Below are positions 19,988-31,623 of a stretch of DNA of 64,000 nt, in pieces. The position numbers and the translations under genes were made by a program. Source of the DNA: a virus (taxonomy: Duplodnaviria; Heunggongvirae; Uroviricota; Caudoviricetes). The first letter of the stretch is position 1; every line of letters starts with the position of its first letter. The stretch lies in the IMG/VR virus record IMGVR_UViG_3300025859_000003; one strand, given 5' to 3'. The notes beneath the pieces were generated by a model. It was given only the letters and a program-made list of their open reading frames with translations. It was not told the origin of the DNA and ran no database searches.

Positions 19988-20010
19988 GTGGTCGCAGACT
20001 CTGCGGCCAT
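19988..20010. repeat. 23-bp dyad repeat, copy 3
   Basis: GTGGTCGCAGACTCTGCGGCCAT; overlaps the last base of the upstream minus-strand TGA. Confidence 0.9.
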
Positions 20011-20930
20011 CATTTCGGGAAACAGATCTTTCTAAACGGGCACGTCTTGGCCCTACGATGATTAGCATCCGGACATGCCCGGTCAAGGGCCTCCGGAGTA
20101 ATCGCCTTTACTGATTTCCGGACTTCGCGGATTTTGTTGAATTGCTCTCTGACGATCTTCTTGACCCCGCCGACACGGTAAGTCTTCACGTCGTAGCTGC
20201 TCTTGTTCACGTAGATTACGGCCACGTAGTCTACGCCAGCCGCGTACGCGTAGAGCAGTCCTTGGATGACGTGGGAGGACTCGGGTCCTGCCCGCCTTTT
20301 CCAGAGCTCGGGGTCTTCGCTCTTGATCTCCGCCACCATGTCGGGATGCCCCTTGATTCGGAGCATTCCGTCATAGTGGCCGATGATCCGGAAAAGTTCT
20401 TTTTCCAGGTCGGTAAGCTTGTCTTCTTTGATACCCAACACCACGCTGGCCGGAATCTCAATCGCCGATTCCTTGAACCAAAGAGCGTGACGGCCCTTCC
20501 CGCAATTGGAGCATTTCTCCGGCATCCGAATCTGTTCTTTCTCGGTACCGTGAACGCTGCCACACTTGGAACACTGCCACTGTCCGTAGAGAATACCCAT
20601 CTCGCCAAACAGGCGGGACTGCCACCAATTGTGTGTGGCGTGGCCGGCCTGGAACCGCATGGCTGTGGACGGATCCGGCTTGACGTGAACCACCGTGTCC
20701 CCTGACATGCGAGCCAGGATGTTGTAAGCGGACTCCCTCGAACACCAGCGGCTGAACCCTGACGGGTGGAATCCAGGGGCCCGCACATCCGGGTCCTTGA
20801 ATTTCATCCACGCACGAATGCCATTGGAGAGGAACGGAAACTCCTCGACCCCATTGGCTTCGATTACCGTAGGTAGAGCCTCAGCGCAGATTTCTGCCTC
20901 TAGCTGGGCTGCTCGATCTTGTTCAGCCAC
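20010..20930 (-). CDS. Cas4-like PD-(D/E)xK exonuclease
   Basis: HPS...C, GHATH, GHYDG, EIKS, QGLLY, C-terminal C...CPFRKIC; extra CSKC...CSNC ribbon. Confidence 0.8.
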   Translation of the reverse strand: MAEQDRAAQLEAEICAEALPTVIEANGVEEFPFLSNGIRAWMKFKDPDVRAPGFHPSGFSRWCSRESAYNILARMSGDTVVHVKPDPSTAMRFQAGHATHNWWQSRLFGEMGILYGQWQCSKCGSVHGTEKEQIRMPEKCSNCGKGRHALWFKESAIEIPASVVLGIKEDKLTDLEKELFRIIGHYDGMLRIKGHPDMVAEIKSEDPELWKRRAGPESSHVIQGLLYAYAAGVDYVAVIYVNKSSYDVKTYRVGGVKKIVREQFNKIREVRKSVKAITPEALDRACPDANHRRAKTCPFRKICFPK

Positions 20931-21139
20931 GCTTCTGTCTCCGGTTTGGCGAGGGACATCCTGACCTTGGTGCTGAAGATACTGCCTTCCTCGTCCACCA
21001 AGGTCAAAGCCAGTTCATTGTCGTTGGCGCCGACGACTTCTCCTGATACCAGCGCTTTCGGCATTCGCTCCATACAGATCCTGCAGACTGCCTTCAAGGT
21101 TTCTTCGGGGTCGATAGGAAGTTCTTTGCTCTCAGCCAT
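20900..21139 (-). CDS. Hypothetical protein
   Basis: SD GGAG, packed in the operon. Confidence 0.5.
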   Translation of the reverse strand: MAESKELPIDPEETLKAVCRICMERMPKALVSGEVVGANDNELALTLVDEEGSIFSTKVRMSLAKPETEAWLNKIEQPS

Positions 21140-21513
21140 TCGATGTACTCCATTTCCGTTAGGCGCTTCCAGAACCTCGGTACCTTCGGGTCCATTGCCG
21201 CCCCCAGGTCTACTGTGTGATCCTCGCTCCTCGTTGGTACGAAGTAGAGAATCTCGTCGATAAACAGGTCACCTACTTTGGTCTTCTCACACCTCGCTGT
21301 TGAAAGCGTAGCTGTCCTGTTCAGTACCTTGGCTTCGTGGGCGATCTTGCCCAGGTAAGTCTTGGCCGGCGGCATCTTCCCCAGGGAAGCCTTACATTCG
21401 ACGAGCACGTGGCTTCCCTTCACGTCTCCCTTGGCGATGATACCGCTGCCACTACCCTTGACTATCCGCCCCTTCAGTAACTTCCTCACTCTCCTCTCGT
21501 GCAACTTCGACAT
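21094..21513 (-). CDS. PD-(D/E)xK Holliday junction resolvase-like nuclease
   Basis: Start re-assigned to MSKLHERR. GSGSG...KGDV...LVECK motif. Confidence 0.65.
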   Translation of the reverse strand: MSKLHERRVRKLLKGRIVKGSGSGIIAKGDVKGSHVLVECKASLGKMPPAKTYLGKIAHEAKVLNRTATLSTARCEKTKVGDLFIDEILYFVPTRSEDHTVDLGAAMDPKVPRFWKRLTEMEYIEWLRAKNFLSTPKKP

Positions 21514-22912
21514 CAAAATCCTCGTCTTCTGAGGCATTGAGGTCTTCGGCTGATTCTGTTTCGACAGCTTTTTCATCTGACTTCTTAGCCCGTCGAGCTC
21601 CTTCCCGCCGCTTGAGAGAAACTGTTGCAAACGTCGCATCGTCAATCTCCTGGATCTCGATCTCGGGCTCGTAGAACGGCGAATAAAAGAAGTTGGCCGG
21701 GTCGAGATAGGTCTTGGTGGCCGTCGGGAACGTGGCGTAGTAGATCGGGTAGCGGGCCATCCACTGGAATGCCCTGGTCCGCAAGGCCGCCAAGGCGTCA
21801 CGTTCCAGAGGGAAAGAAATGCCCATCACGGTATAACCCTTCTTTTCCTTAGTCCACAAACCAATAGATTCCAAGAGAGCCTTCAGCTGCTGCGGCTCAT
21901 CAGTAGATCCGACCGGGTTGTCCTTCCATTCCCTGGTGTAGACCCGGTAGGAGCCGGTGTAGCCTTTGCCCCCGCCGATGCTGTTCTTCTTGACCTCGAA
22001 CCGGAAGTCCACAGTACGTTCGGCCTTGTCGGTCAGCTCCTTGGCCTGGATGCTCGCGTTGGCTTCCGGCTTGAACATGCGGATGTTGGTCACCAGCATG
22101 TGCTGGTAGCCTTTGCCGCTGGTTTCAATGTCCCCGCCGTAGGATCCGATGTTGGCCCTCATCTGGTTGGAACCCACCAACGTGATGTCTCCAACGCGGT
22201 TGGCACCTTTCTGGTGGTTCTTTTCAAGCAGGGTCCAAATCAAGTTCTGGACCATCATCGCGTGGGCGCCGACCTTGAGGTTCGATGCCCTGCGTCCCAT
22301 CTGTTGTTCGGCGATGAGTGCTGAGAAGGAATCGATCAGGATCAGGTCTACCGCATTCTTGGCCGCAGCCCGCTCGATGACGTCAGCCACGAAATCGCCG
22401 CTCTTGGGGTATCCGATCAGGAAGTGTTCATCATCTTCTTCGGGAATGCCGAAGGCCTTCTCGACGTAGGCGGGGTCGATACGCCTTTCGGCGTTGATGT
22501 AGATCGTACGGGCACGATCGTTCTTACCGCAACGACAGGTGGTCGCGGTCTCTCCGGTCTCGTAGTCCACCCACTCGATAATCGGTGTCCAGCACCGCCG
22601 GCAGGTGTGATAGGCGGTGGCGGCCAAATCGAGCAAGTCGTGAGTTTTTCCCGTACCCTCGGGACCCGACACGCCGGAGTTCTGGCCCTTCGGCCAACCA
22701 CCCCTAGTGGCGATATCAAGCTGGATGTGCCAAGTGGGAAACTTCGCCCAAGAGGCTTCCTTTTCTGCTTTCAGATTGGTCAACCAGTTGATCTTGGTCT
22801 CCATGACCTCCAGCTCGTTTTCAGCAAACTTGGCGAGCCCCTTCTTGTTGGACTTCTTCGGGGTCTTTTCCTTCTCGCTCTTGCTGGTTTTCTTCGCGGC
22901 CTTCTTAGCCAT
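21452..22912 (-). CDS. recA: RecA/UvsX-like recombinase
   Basis: LDIATRGGWPKG, GPEGTGKT Walker A, YINAE, LILIDS Walker B, NQMRANIG, ETSGK. Confidence 0.85.
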   Translation of the reverse strand: MAKKAAKKTSKSEKEKTPKKSNKKGLAKFAENELEVMETKINWLTNLKAEKEASWAKFPTWHIQLDIATRGGWPKGQNSGVSGPEGTGKTHDLLDLAATAYHTCRRCWTPIIEWVDYETGETATTCRCGKNDRARTIYINAERRIDPAYVEKAFGIPEEDDEHFLIGYPKSGDFVADVIERAAAKNAVDLILIDSFSALIAEQQMGRRASNLKVGAHAMMVQNLIWTLLEKNHQKGANRVGDITLVGSNQMRANIGSYGGDIETSGKGYQHMLVTNIRMFKPEANASIQAKELTDKAERTVDFRFEVKKNSIGGGKGYTGSYRVYTREWKDNPVGSTDEPQQLKALLESIGLWTKEKKGYTVMGISFPLERDALAALRTRAFQWMARYPIYYATFPTATKTYLDPANFFYSPFYEPEIEIQEIDDATFATVSLKRREGARRAKKSDEKAVETESAEDLNASEDEDFDVEVAREESEEVTEGADSQG

Positions 22913-22924
22913 GTGTCTTCTCCC

Positions 22925-23389
22925 TTACAGCAGGTCTTCCGTGGTGAGCTCGTGGTCCTGACGAGCAGTTACGGGGCGCAGCTTCACCGCAGAGGCAGTG
23001 GCCTCAGTGCGCTGGCGAACGATCCTGTCGGCGACCTTACCCAGTCCGGTGAGGACGGACTCAAGCTCATCCTCGTAGATGAACTGCCGGTCTACCTTCA
23101 TCACCAGGTACGAGCCGGCGGTGCTGTAGGCGGTGTTCCCGTCGTTGTGCAGAAGACTGAGGTTCACCGACGTGGCTACCTCAATCCCGTTGACGGGGGT
23201 TACAAGTTCGCGGCGTTCTTTAGGCATTTTGGTTCTGGTGGTCATGGTTATATCCTTTTCGGTCAGAATTTTCAGCACGTTGATTTCGGGTTTTACGTCG
23301 CCATCTTTGGTCTTCCGAAACGACAGCAGGAAGATACAGCTGCCTCTTGGAGAAACCCTGTACATAGGGATTTTGAGGCGGTCCATCAT
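22925..23389 (-). CDS. Hypothetical protein
   Basis: Start MMDRLK overlaps the helicase stop; SD GGGGG. Confidence 0.55.
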   Translation of the reverse strand: MMDRLKIPMYRVSPRGSCIFLLSFRKTKDGDVKPEINVLKILTEKDITMTTRTKMPKERRELVTPVNGIEVATSVNLSLLHNDGNTAYSTAGSYLVMKVDRQFIYEDELESVLTGLGKVADRIVRQRTEATASAVKLRPVTARQDHELTTEDLL

Positions 23390-24786
23390 CAGATTCCCCC
23401 TTTCTTGATGCGCCCGCTGTAGTGAAAATTGAGGAAGGGGCAATGGTTGATAACTGTGGCGGAGTCCACGGTAAGGTACCCCTTCTTCACGCGGACGTAT
23501 GCCCGACCTTTCAACCGGTCGATGTTGTCCACCGGGTCAATCACCACGGGCTTGCGCTTGTCAGGAAGGAACCGCTGGATGCGGCCGATCAACTGGCGCG
23601 GGTCAGCAACAGGCAGCACGGGCACGAGGCAGTCGAAGTGCTGAATGTCCAGGCCCACGCCTCCCTTCTTGAGGGTGGCGAACATGACCGTCCTGGGGTT
23701 CTCCATCTGCCTCATGATGCTTGCGTGAGCCGAAGGGCTAGTTGACCCCATGTACATCACGTACGGGGCTCCTGTGAGCTTGTGGAGGGCTTCTGCCAGC
23801 AGGCTCAGGTGCTCCTTGTACTTGCCCAGAACCAGCAGGCGCCGGTTCTTGTCGACCATGGTTTTGAGTAGGTGGACAAGAAAGATGTTGCGGTCCTCGT
23901 CCTTGGCCAGTTTCAGGTCCAAGCCAAACTTGTTCCGCCCTTCGATGTTGTAGTCCCTGACCTTGTCGAACGGATGCTCGTACGGGTGAAGGTGAATGTC
24001 GATCGGCATCTGGTCGGTATCCAGAGACACCTTGGCCAGACCGAGGGCATTGCGGAACAGCGGGTCAAGGTTGTCGAACCGCTTGCCCGTGGCAGTGAGG
24101 GGCAGAGAGTACTTGAAGTTGACGTTGAACACACACTTCTGGAACTGCTCCGCTGCGATCATGTGAGCCTCGTCGACGATCAGCAGGTCACAGTCGATCT
24201 TCTTTCCGGTGTGCTTGTACAAGGTCTGCAGCATCGCGATGATGACGTCGCCGTGGAGCTTCTTGCGGCCACCACCGTAGAATCCGATCTGGGCCTCAGG
24301 ATCAAACCTCCGAACCTGGTCCACCCACTGTTTGAATACTGCTTCCGACGGGACCACCACCATAGTCTTCCCGCCAAGGGTAGCGCTGGTGTAGATGCCG
24401 GAGACTGTCTTACCACTTCCACAAGGAGCCTCTGCGAATACCCCGCGGTTCACCTTGAGCAACCGAACCATTTCCGGGGTACTGGTGAAGCCCTCAGACG
24501 GCTTCTTCTGGTGGGGACGAAGCTCGCCGTTGAACTTCCTGGGCTTGAGTACGTTTTCCGGTTCCCTGTTGATGATCAGGTGGCGGTAAGTGGCCCCCAG
24601 GTTCTTCAAGAACCAGAACTTGGGCAGGTAGAACCTGTCCACGTCTTCCTGGAACCCGAAGATGAACTTTCCATCACGAGTCGGGTAACGCAGACCGGTG
24701 TAGACCTTATCCAGGTCCTCGTTCCTGAGTACACTCTTCGGGACGGATACCGTGCCTTGAACAATGATTTTGTTGTGATCAGTCAT
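23389..24786 (-). CDS. Superfamily 2 DEAH helicase (UvsW/Res-like)
   Basis: LRPHQ, APCGSGKT, DEAH, LTAT, GLDI, QLIGRIQR; start re-assigned to MTDHNK. Confidence 0.9.
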   Translation of the reverse strand: MTDHNKIIVQGTVSVPKSVLRNEDLDKVYTGLRYPTRDGKFIFGFQEDVDRFYLPKFWFLKNLGATYRHLIINREPENVLKPRKFNGELRPHQKKPSEGFTSTPEMVRLLKVNRGVFAEAPCGSGKTVSGIYTSATLGGKTMVVVPSEAVFKQWVDQVRRFDPEAQIGFYGGGRKKLHGDVIIAMLQTLYKHTGKKIDCDLLIVDEAHMIAAEQFQKCVFNVNFKYSLPLTATGKRFDNLDPLFRNALGLAKVSLDTDQMPIDIHLHPYEHPFDKVRDYNIEGRNKFGLDLKLAKDEDRNIFLVHLLKTMVDKNRRLLVLGKYKEHLSLLAEALHKLTGAPYVMYMGSTSPSAHASIMRQMENPRTVMFATLKKGGVGLDIQHFDCLVPVLPVADPRQLIGRIQRFLPDKRKPVVIDPVDNIDRLKGRAYVRVKKGYLTVDSATVINHCPFLNFHYSGRIKKGGI

Positions 24787-24788
24787 CT

Positions 24789-27203
24789 TTAGTTCATCGA
24801 CAGCAAAACGTCCGCGTCCTCTACAAACATCGGATGGGGGTTCGGCCAATACTCCTCTGCCACCTTGTTGATCACCTTGGTACGGCGCTTCAGCTGACTG
24901 TTCCATTCCGGGTAGACCTTCACTTCCTTCTTCTCTTTGGTGACTTTGTGAATGAGGGTCTTGGTGCCATCCTTGCCCTCGGACCAATTATCGACGATGT
25001 GGACGTCGGCCAAGATGGGCACCTTCAACTTGATCCACGGATACTCCATGCACCACTTCAAGAGCATGGCTGCTTCCAGAGCGAGGCTACGCCTGACCTG
25101 GAAGACCACTTCGTCGTGGACAGAAGCCAGAGGGTCAAGGTTATTGATGAACTTAGGGTGCCTCACCACCTTGGTGTAAAACTGGTAGAGCATCGCCTTG
25201 AGGATGTCTGCACAGAGGCCCTGAACCTTGGTGTTCAGCAGACCACCGGCCTGCATATACGTGGGCTCCAGCCGACCATTCCGCATTTCCATTTTCGGCC
25301 ACCGGCGAGTACGACCGGTGAGCGGGATTTCCCACACACGTTTGCCGGCCCGCCACATGCTGTCGAACATTTCAGTGGTGGCTTTGACCATCGGGTAAGA
25401 CTTGAAGTAAGTCTGGTTCAGCATCATGGATACAGCCAGCTCCAGCTGGAACTGCTCCGCGAACTTCTCTACCCCGATGCCGTACGGCAAACCGAAATTA
25501 CAGATCTTCGCATACACGCGCTGGTGAAGTTCAGGTGGGCACAGTTCGATCAGCTTGTTGAGGGTCTTCTGGTGCAGGTCGGCCGCGGTGAAGTCCTTTT
25601 CGCCGTCTTCCGCGATGGTGAACTTCTGGTACTCCGCGATCATGTTGGTTTCACTGCAAACGTGTGCGATTCCCCGTAACTCGACCTGGGAGTAGTCTGC
25701 CACGATCAACACGTAGTCGTCGTCCGCAATGAAGGCGGACCGGACCTTCTTTCCGATCTTGTGGCGAGAAGGAATCTGCTGCAGGTTGGGGTTGCTGCTG
25801 CTCCAACGACCGGTATCTGTACCGAACGGGCGGAACAAGCAGTACATCCGTCCGTGGACCTTACTGAACCGGTTGATGAAGGCATCACGAAGCTTTTCCA
25901 GGGCCCGGATTTCCAGAATCTTCACAGCTAACGGATGCTTCTCTTCGATGTTGTCGGCCCTCACCGTGTAGGTAAGGGTCATACGGTCGGTCTTGAACCA
26001 GCTGTTAGCTTTGGGGTTATTCTGCTTTTCCTTCTTGGACCGGACAGTCTCGCTGAGGCCGCCCTTACGGGTGCAGATAGCCTCACCTGTGGTAAAAAGA
26101 AGGGTGGACAGCATCTTGCCGTCGTTGGTCTTGAAAGACCAATTAGGCGCTTCCCTTTCGCTCAGGGCCCCGGCCTTGAGCATAATGGCCCGGCCGATCT
26201 CCGTGATCTCGGCTTCGAGCTCTTTGATTTTCGGCTTGATGTATTTCCGGTCGATCAGCTTGATGCGCTTATTGCTGAACGGGAATCCAGTGGACTCCAT
26301 GTCCGTGGCTACGTCACCTACGACGCGCTCAACTTCGGCCCAGGCGAGCTTACCGCTCTCCATCAAGAACTTCTTGAACTTCCAGTAGAGGCGGAGGGCC
26401 AGCTCCGCGTCTTTCAAGGCATAGACCTTGAACAGGTCCTGCTGCTGGGACTCAAGTTTCTTGACCCTGGCTTTGAGGGCGGCCAGCCGGCGATTAGCTG
26501 CCCGAAGGACCTTCTCTTCTGCATCCTCGAACGAGGATTCGAGTTCATCCTTGATCTGCTTCTTCTGGTCCCGCTTCTCTGCCCCAGTCAGATCGGTCTT
26601 GGCGTCGATTTCGTCTCTGCAGAAGGCATACGCCTGACGAATACGCTTACGTCGGTGGGCGTTCAGCTTCCGAACCAGGGACTTCCACTTCTTGTTGATC
26701 TCCTTGCCCTTGGCTACCAAGGCCTCGATTTCTTTGGCGATCTCACCATCAACGAAGATCTCCTTGATGCCCATGAATTTGCCTACGCCAAGGTACTTGC
26801 TGGCTACGGCGTCCAAGGAGTGAGGACGGTTGGCTTTGCGGTTTCCCAGGTTGTTGTGCAACCAGGAGAGATTCATGGTGTCAACGACCTTGGCCTTGAT
26901 CTGGCGGATCGGCATCACGAACCGGTGGAGGAACTTCAAGTCGTAAGACTTGTTGTGGGCCACGATTCGCATCTTGCTGTCCTGGGTGAACAGCCTCAGC
27001 AGGTCGTGAGTTTCCTTGGTCGGATAGACGATGGCGCTTTTGATGCCTCTTCCAATACCCGCGGCTATTGAATAGAACAGCGGCTCGGCTGTACGGGCGT
27101 CCCTGGTAGACGCTTCCACGTCGAAGGACAGCACGCCGTACTTCTTAGCGAGATCGTAGACCTCTGACGGGTTGTTGTGCTTTCGCCTTTTCTTTTTAGC
27201 CAT
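24789..27203 (-). CDS. polA: Family A DNA polymerase with 3'-5' exonuclease
   Basis: Exo FDVE, HNKSYD, YALKDA; pol TGRWSSSNPNLQQIP, DYSQVELR, AKICNFGLPYG, VHDE. Confidence 0.95.
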   Translation of the reverse strand: MAKKKRRKHNNPSEVYDLAKKYGVLSFDVEASTRDARTAEPLFYSIAAGIGRGIKSAIVYPTKETHDLLRLFTQDSKMRIVAHNKSYDLKFLHRFVMPIRQIKAKVVDTMNLSWLHNNLGNRKANRPHSLDAVASKYLGVGKFMGIKEIFVDGEIAKEIEALVAKGKEINKKWKSLVRKLNAHRRKRIRQAYAFCRDEIDAKTDLTGAEKRDQKKQIKDELESSFEDAEEKVLRAANRRLAALKARVKKLESQQQDLFKVYALKDAELALRLYWKFKKFLMESGKLAWAEVERVVGDVATDMESTGFPFSNKRIKLIDRKYIKPKIKELEAEITEIGRAIMLKAGALSEREAPNWSFKTNDGKMLSTLLFTTGEAICTRKGGLSETVRSKKEKQNNPKANSWFKTDRMTLTYTVRADNIEEKHPLAVKILEIRALEKLRDAFINRFSKVHGRMYCLFRPFGTDTGRWSSSNPNLQQIPSRHKIGKKVRSAFIADDDYVLIVADYSQVELRGIAHVCSETNMIAEYQKFTIAEDGEKDFTAADLHQKTLNKLIELCPPELHQRVYAKICNFGLPYGIGVEKFAEQFQLELAVSMMLNQTYFKSYPMVKATTEMFDSMWRAGKRVWEIPLTGRTRRWPKMEMRNGRLEPTYMQAGGLLNTKVQGLCADILKAMLYQFYTKVVRHPKFINNLDPLASVHDEVVFQVRRSLALEAAMLLKWCMEYPWIKLKVPILADVHIVDNWSEGKDGTKTLIHKVTKEKKEVKVYPEWNSQLKRRTKVINKVAEEYWPNPHPMFVEDADVLLSMN

Positions 27204-27255
27204 AACACTGCCTTGTCCTGTGTTTACCGTTTAGTTCGGTCGGTACAGGTTCCCT

Positions 27256-27278
27256 GTGGCTGCAGAGTCTGCAGCCAC
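27256..27278. repeat. 23-bp dyad repeat, copy 4
   Basis: GTGGCTGCAGAGTCTGCAGCCAC, intergenic between SSB and polA. Confidence 0.9.
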
Positions 27279-27330
27279 GAACAGTGGAGACAAAGCGGCC
27301 GAGAGAGCCGGAGCCCTCTCGGCCCGAAAG

Positions 27331-28788
<1,458 letters not shown>

Positions 28789-29741
28789 TTTGCATTCTCC
28801 TCTTCAAGGACCTGTCGAAATTGTTCGGCTGACATCTTTTTCGGATCGCACGGTAATTCAGGCGCGTAGACAACCAGCTCCGGGTACAAGGCGTCGATGA
28901 GCTTCTTGGAGTCCTTGATCCCGGTCTGACCCGCGACGTCAGGGTCGAGCAGGAGATAACAGTACTGGATGCCCCACTTCTTGAGCTTCAGTACCTGTTC
29001 CTCCCGCAGCGACTTACCGTATACCGCGAGTGAGTTCTCTACGCCCTCTTCCCAGGCGTGAACTGTGTCAAACGGACCTTCAAAGATAACTACTGTATCT
29101 GCGTTCTTGGTTAGTAAGTGTTCACCGAAAAAATATGCTTTGCTCGAAAACCTTAGTATGGAAACGTATTTGTTGTTCTTTTCGGACCCTTGGTAGATGG
29201 ACCGCGCCTGAGCGCCGACCACTTTCCCATCTCGGTCGATTGAGGGTAATACCACGCTACCAGAAGAAACGTCAAGCCCAATTTGAAAAGATTCCACCCC
29301 TTCTTTGTGGACCCCTTTAGCAGCCAACCATTCCCACGGCATGCAGTCCAGATCGGCTCTAAACCGCTCGTCATAGCCGGTGTAGACCATCCTGTTGATC
29401 TTGAAACCGGCTGAAAATCCGTTGCCTTTCTGGTTCAGGTTCCGGCCGTCCTTCTGTGCCGCCAGCTTATACGCCTCGACAAAGGCAGGCGAGTGCCCGG
29501 CGAGTTCCTTGAGGGCGTAGACAAACGGGCGATTCTTGAAGTCACACACCCAGCACCCACAAAAGCTTGGCGAAGAGATACTGACAAAGAAGGATGGCCT
29601 GGAGTCAAAATTCTTGGAGTGGGCGTCATTATGCGGAGCGAACGGACAGTTGGTGTAGATGAACGCAGACCCGGACGACCGTTTGATAGTCGTCTGGCCC
29701 ATGCGCTGGAGTACCCGTTTGATCGTTTCTGAGTCCATTGA

Positions 29742-31085
29742 TTACAGAAAGTTGAGAGCAGCCATCTGGTTCTGCCGATCCTGCTCCTCGGCCTTGTTCA
29801 AGGCGATTACGTAGCTCCAGTCACAAGCATTCAGATCCGCGTTGTAGCGATAGGTCATGTTGGTCATTCCTTCGCGGGCCTTGAAGTTGGAGATATCGAT
29901 GGTCTGCTCGCTCTTGCCTCCGATTTCAAACATGTAGCTGGACCAGGCGTTGAATGCGTCTGAGTACGCCGTTCCGCTCATCCCCCTGCCGCCGTAACGG
30001 TTCTTGTGTGTGGTGAACAGCGCCGCTACGTTCCGGCGAATCACGAACGACTTGAAATCCTGGAGAAGGTTCATGAACTTCTCGTTGTTATTCGTACCGT
30101 CGGCCGAGCCCACAAAGGCCTGGACGTTGTCTACGTACACCCCTTCTACGCCGTGAGCCGCGGTCTCGATCTCCAGCTCCGGGATAGAAGTGATGTTCCT
30201 GGGACTACCGACGATCAGGTTTTCACGTAGGGGCAGGGATTCCTTGGAGCGCAGCCAGTCTTTGAGGCGCTGCTCATCGACCTTGGTCATCTTGCCCTCT
30301 GAGAAGGCCGTGTAGGGCAGACGACACATGAGGGCGGCAATGCGCCACTTGAGCTCCAGCGGGGTCATTTCCGTGGAAGCCAGAAGAACCCGGTGGCCTT
30401 CAATAGCCGCGGTGCCGGCGCAAAGACAAAGGATGAAGGTTTTCTTCTTTCCGGGGCGGGACTGAATGCCCGTCAGGTGTCCCTTAGGCAGCCCCCGCAT
30501 ATCACGTTCGATTTCTTTGAACGGCAGCGGGAGTCCTTTGCTGAGGCCTTCTTTGCGGTTGACGTATTCCTGGAGAACATCTTCCCCGGAGCCGAAGGCC
30601 ATGGTCACGTCGGACGCATCGAGATGCAGCCTGTTCAGCCGCATGATCGTCTCGCGCATGGCGGATTTCAGATGCTCTATCTGCTCCAGGGAAAGCTTGC
30701 TGATATCCTCCGGAGCCCCGCCCATGTCGTCGAACAGCGGATCGCCTTCCGGCGCTCCCATAACGATCGGCATGAAGGATTCACCGAGAAGATGCTGAGT
30801 GTTGGTGAAGAACTCGCGGATGTTTTCTTCGCAGCGCTCCTCGATCAGCTCCTCGATGATCATGCTCAACGGGTCGCCGTTGGGAGTAAAAGGCAAGTCA
30901 GGGTAGAACTTCTGCACCCTCTTTATCGAGGGCGGCTTCCCGTGCTTAGCTACGTGGTTGCAGATGCGCCTGAAAATCGGCCGATCCGCTTCGTCCAGTA
31001 GACGAACGTCGAAACCCGAACGCATTACATCGAGCGCCTGTTCGCGTTCCATCATCAGGAAGAAAAGCTTACCGGAACCACTCAT
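29742..31085 (-). CDS. DnaB-like replicative helicase
   Basis: GLPKGHL, SRPGKKKT (deviant Walker A), STEM, YVD, AYSDAF, KAREG. Confidence 0.8.
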   Translation of the reverse strand: MSGSGKLFFLMMEREQALDVMRSGFDVRLLDEADRPIFRRICNHVAKHGKPPSIKRVQKFYPDLPFTPNGDPLSMIIEELIEERCEENIREFFTNTQHLLGESFMPIVMGAPEGDPLFDDMGGAPEDISKLSLEQIEHLKSAMRETIMRLNRLHLDASDVTMAFGSGEDVLQEYVNRKEGLSKGLPLPFKEIERDMRGLPKGHLTGIQSRPGKKKTFILCLCAGTAAIEGHRVLLASTEMTPLELKWRIAALMCRLPYTAFSEGKMTKVDEQRLKDWLRSKESLPLRENLIVGSPRNITSIPELEIETAAHGVEGVYVDNVQAFVGSADGTNNNEKFMNLLQDFKSFVIRRNVAALFTTHKNRYGGRGMSGTAYSDAFNAWSSYMFEIGGKSEQTIDISNFKAREGMTNMTYRYNADLNACDWSYVIALNKAEEQDRQNQMAALNFL

Positions 31086-31623
31086 CGGGCAGCTCCTTGG
31101 CGTAGACGATCACGGTCGAGTTCAGGCGGTGAGCGAGAAGCGGGTAACCTCCGTATCCGTCGATGGTCTCTGCGCTGAATCCGCTTTCCACGGGCATGTT
31201 GTAGCCAGTGATGACGGTCTGTTTGCCCACACAGAACCTCCGGTAAATGATGGCGTCCAATTCCGCCGCCACGGAAGCAGGGACATAGGACAATTCAGAA
31301 ATTACCAGGATGTCTGAGTGGATGACGTCATCGAAGCTGTCGAAGCCACCAGCGCTGGTCTCTTCGAAGTTGATCTTGAAGCTCATGTACTTGGTGGCAC
31401 TGAAATGGGCAGCTGTCTGCAGGCCATTCAGCTCGGCAAGGGCTGATGCCAGGGCGGCACCCACAACCAAGGCTTCGTACGGCTTCAAGCCGATACACAC
31501 GTCGTAGGTACCAACCCCAGCGGCGGCCTCGGCGATTACATCCGAAGCCTTATCCAGCAGTTTCAATGCGGATACCAAAACTCTTTGCGGGAAGACCCCG
31601 CTAAGCATTTTTACTTTCGTCAT
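31069..31623 (-). CDS. Degenerate DnaC/IstB-like helicase loader
   Basis: SDILVISEL, LDAIIYRRF...TVITG resemble the IstB/DnaC C-terminal half; no Walker A; adjacent to the helicase. Confidence 0.5.
   Translation of the reverse strand: MTKVKMLSGVFPQRVLVSALKLLDKASDVIAEAAAGVGTYDVCIGLKPYEALVVGAALASALAELNGLQTAAHFSATKYMSFKINFEETSAGGFDSFDDVIHSDILVISELSYVPASVAAELDAIIYRRFCVGKQTVITGYNMPVESGFSAETIDGYGGYPLLAHRLNSTVIVYAKELPDEWFR

Noticed and set aside
20010..20930. CRISPR-Cas locus suggested by the Cas4-like gene and palindromic repeats
   Set aside because: No cas1/cas2 or other cas genes, and the repeats are kilobases apart rather than an array. Solo Cas4-like nucleases are common in phage recombination modules.
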